Assembly (NCBI GenBank): GCA_039588275.1
Contig: JBDHAC010000040.1
Location: 1-26,509 of the forward strand
Origin: Gemmatimonadota bacterium
GTDB taxonomy: Bacteria > Gemmatimonadota > Gemmatimonadetes > Palauibacterales > Palauibacteraceae
Length of the DNA: 26,509 nucleotides
Direction of reading: 5' to 3'
Positions within the stretch are counted from its first letter, which is position 1. Each line of letters opens with the position of its first letter. The notes below the pieces were generated by a model, which did not search any database, had not been told where the DNA came from, and was given only the letters and a program-made list of their open reading frames with translations. Both the position numbers and the translations under genes were made by a program. This document shows, piece after piece, positions 25,433 to 26,509 of the stretch.

Positions 25433-26509
25433 TCAGGCGTAGGTCGGGTAGACCGGATCGTACATGAGCGAGCGAACATGGGCCTCGAGGTCATCTGGAA
25501 GCGGGATGCGGGCATGCCCCTGCTCGAGCGCGACTCGCACGACCGCCCGGGCCACGTGGACGGACACCTCTCGAATCCGGTCCAACTCGGGGTAGACGCA
25601 CCCCGTCTCCAGATCCGCCTCGGTCACTTGCCCCGCCAGCGCGCGTGCGGCCGCGAGGAACATCTCATCCGTTGCACGCCCCGACTCGCAGGCGATCAGA
25701 CCGAGCCCGACACCAGGGAAGATATACGCGTTGTTCCCCTGCCCGGGGACGAACCGGCGGCCCGCGTGATCAACAGGCGTGAACGGACTGCCGCTCGCGA
25801 AGATCGCTCGGCCGTTCGTCCACGCGTACGCCTGTTCGGCCGTGCACTCCGACTTGGAGGTCGGGTTCGAGAGTGCGAACAGGATCGGGCGCCCGTTGAT
25901 GCCGGCCATGGCCTCCACCGCTTGGCGCGTGAACATGCCCGGCTTTCCCGCGACCCCGATCAGGGCCGCCGGACGGATACGCTCGATAGCCTCCGTCAGA
26001 TCCGCCGTTCCCGGCTGCGGTTGAGCGTAGCGTCGCTTCCCGGCCGAGATGTTGTCCCGTCCCTCCACGACCAGGCCCTTCGAGTCCAGCAGCCAGCAAC
26101 GCGACCTGGCCTTCTCGATGGACATGCCCTCATCGACGAGAGCGGCCACGATCGTGTCGGCGATGCCGAGACCCGCCTGGCCGGCCCCGACGAAGAGATA
26201 CGGTCGGTCGCCGAGGCGCTCCCCGGTGACCCTCAGGGCCGACAACAGTCCGGCGAGAGCCACCGCGCCAGTCCCCTGGATGTCGTCGTCGAACAGACAG
26301 GCCCGGTCACGGTACCTGGTGAGGAGCCGGAACGCGTTCCGGTTGCCGAAGTCCTCCAGCTGGATCACGGTACGCGGGAAGCGATCGAGGACCTCGGTCA
26401 CGAACTCCTCGATCAACTCCTCGTAGGATTGATCCCTGAGTCGCCTCTGCCTGAGACCCAGGTAGAGTGGATCGTCCAACAAGGACTCGTTGTCGGTGCC
26501 TACATCTAT
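25433..26509 (-). CDS. NAD(P)-dependent malic enzyme, 5' truncated by window
   Basis: DVGTDN..LLDDPLYLG, QLEDF, FDDDIQGTG, GAGQAG, LSNPT, GQGNNAYIFPG; frame is open to the window end. Confidence 0.95.
   Translation of the reverse strand: MDVGTDNESLLDDPLYLGLRQRRLRDQSYEELIEEFVTEVLDRFPRTVIQLEDFGNRNAFRLLTRYRDRACLFDDDIQGTGAVALAGLLSALRVTGERLGDRPYLFVGAGQAGLGIADTIVAALVDEGMSIEKARSRCWLLDSKGLVVEGRDNISAGKRRYAQPQPGTADLTEAIERIRPAALIGVAGKPGMFTRQAVEAMAGINGRPILFALSNPTSKSECTAEQAYAWTNGRAIFASGSPFTPVDHAGRRFVPGQGNNAYIFPGVGLGLIACESGRATDEMFLAAARALAGQVTEADLETGCVYPELDRIREVSVHVARAVVRVALEQGHARIPLPDDLEAHVRSLMYDPVYPTYA

Noticed and set aside
1..26509. CRISPR arrays, IS elements, integrases, tRNA/rRNA
   Set aside because: No spaced direct repeats, transposase or recombinase motifs, or cloverleaf signatures were seen by eye.

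Overview
High-GC bacterial chromosomal segment; gene content and many lipoproteins are reminiscent of Gemmatimonadota, which is inference only. Left arm (minus strand): a tightly packed catabolic cluster of amidohydrolase, OSBS/N-succinylamino-acid racemase (NSAR), GNAT, S9 peptidase, YtcJ-like amidohydrolase, YdfG-like SDR and tandem VOC. After it comes a PadR regulator with twin palindromic operators over its promoter and a SHOCT-like membrane protein. Centre: a methionine/methyl-cycle locus, where a SAM-II riboswitch with a transcription-terminator platform leads metH and a YitJ-like Hcy methyltransferase/MTHFR fusion. Facing it are a stand-alone NnrE coupled to a divergent MTHFR-fold protein, followed by DinB and mtnA. 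Right arm: cytochrome c lipoprotein, a decayed cupin gene, a second S9 peptidase, a beta-barrel-like protein, a small membrane protein, a PLP aminotransferase and a partial malic enzyme. The window opens with the C-terminus of a PIN/VapC-like protein with altered acidic residues. No mobile element, CRISPR, tRNA or rRNA was seen.
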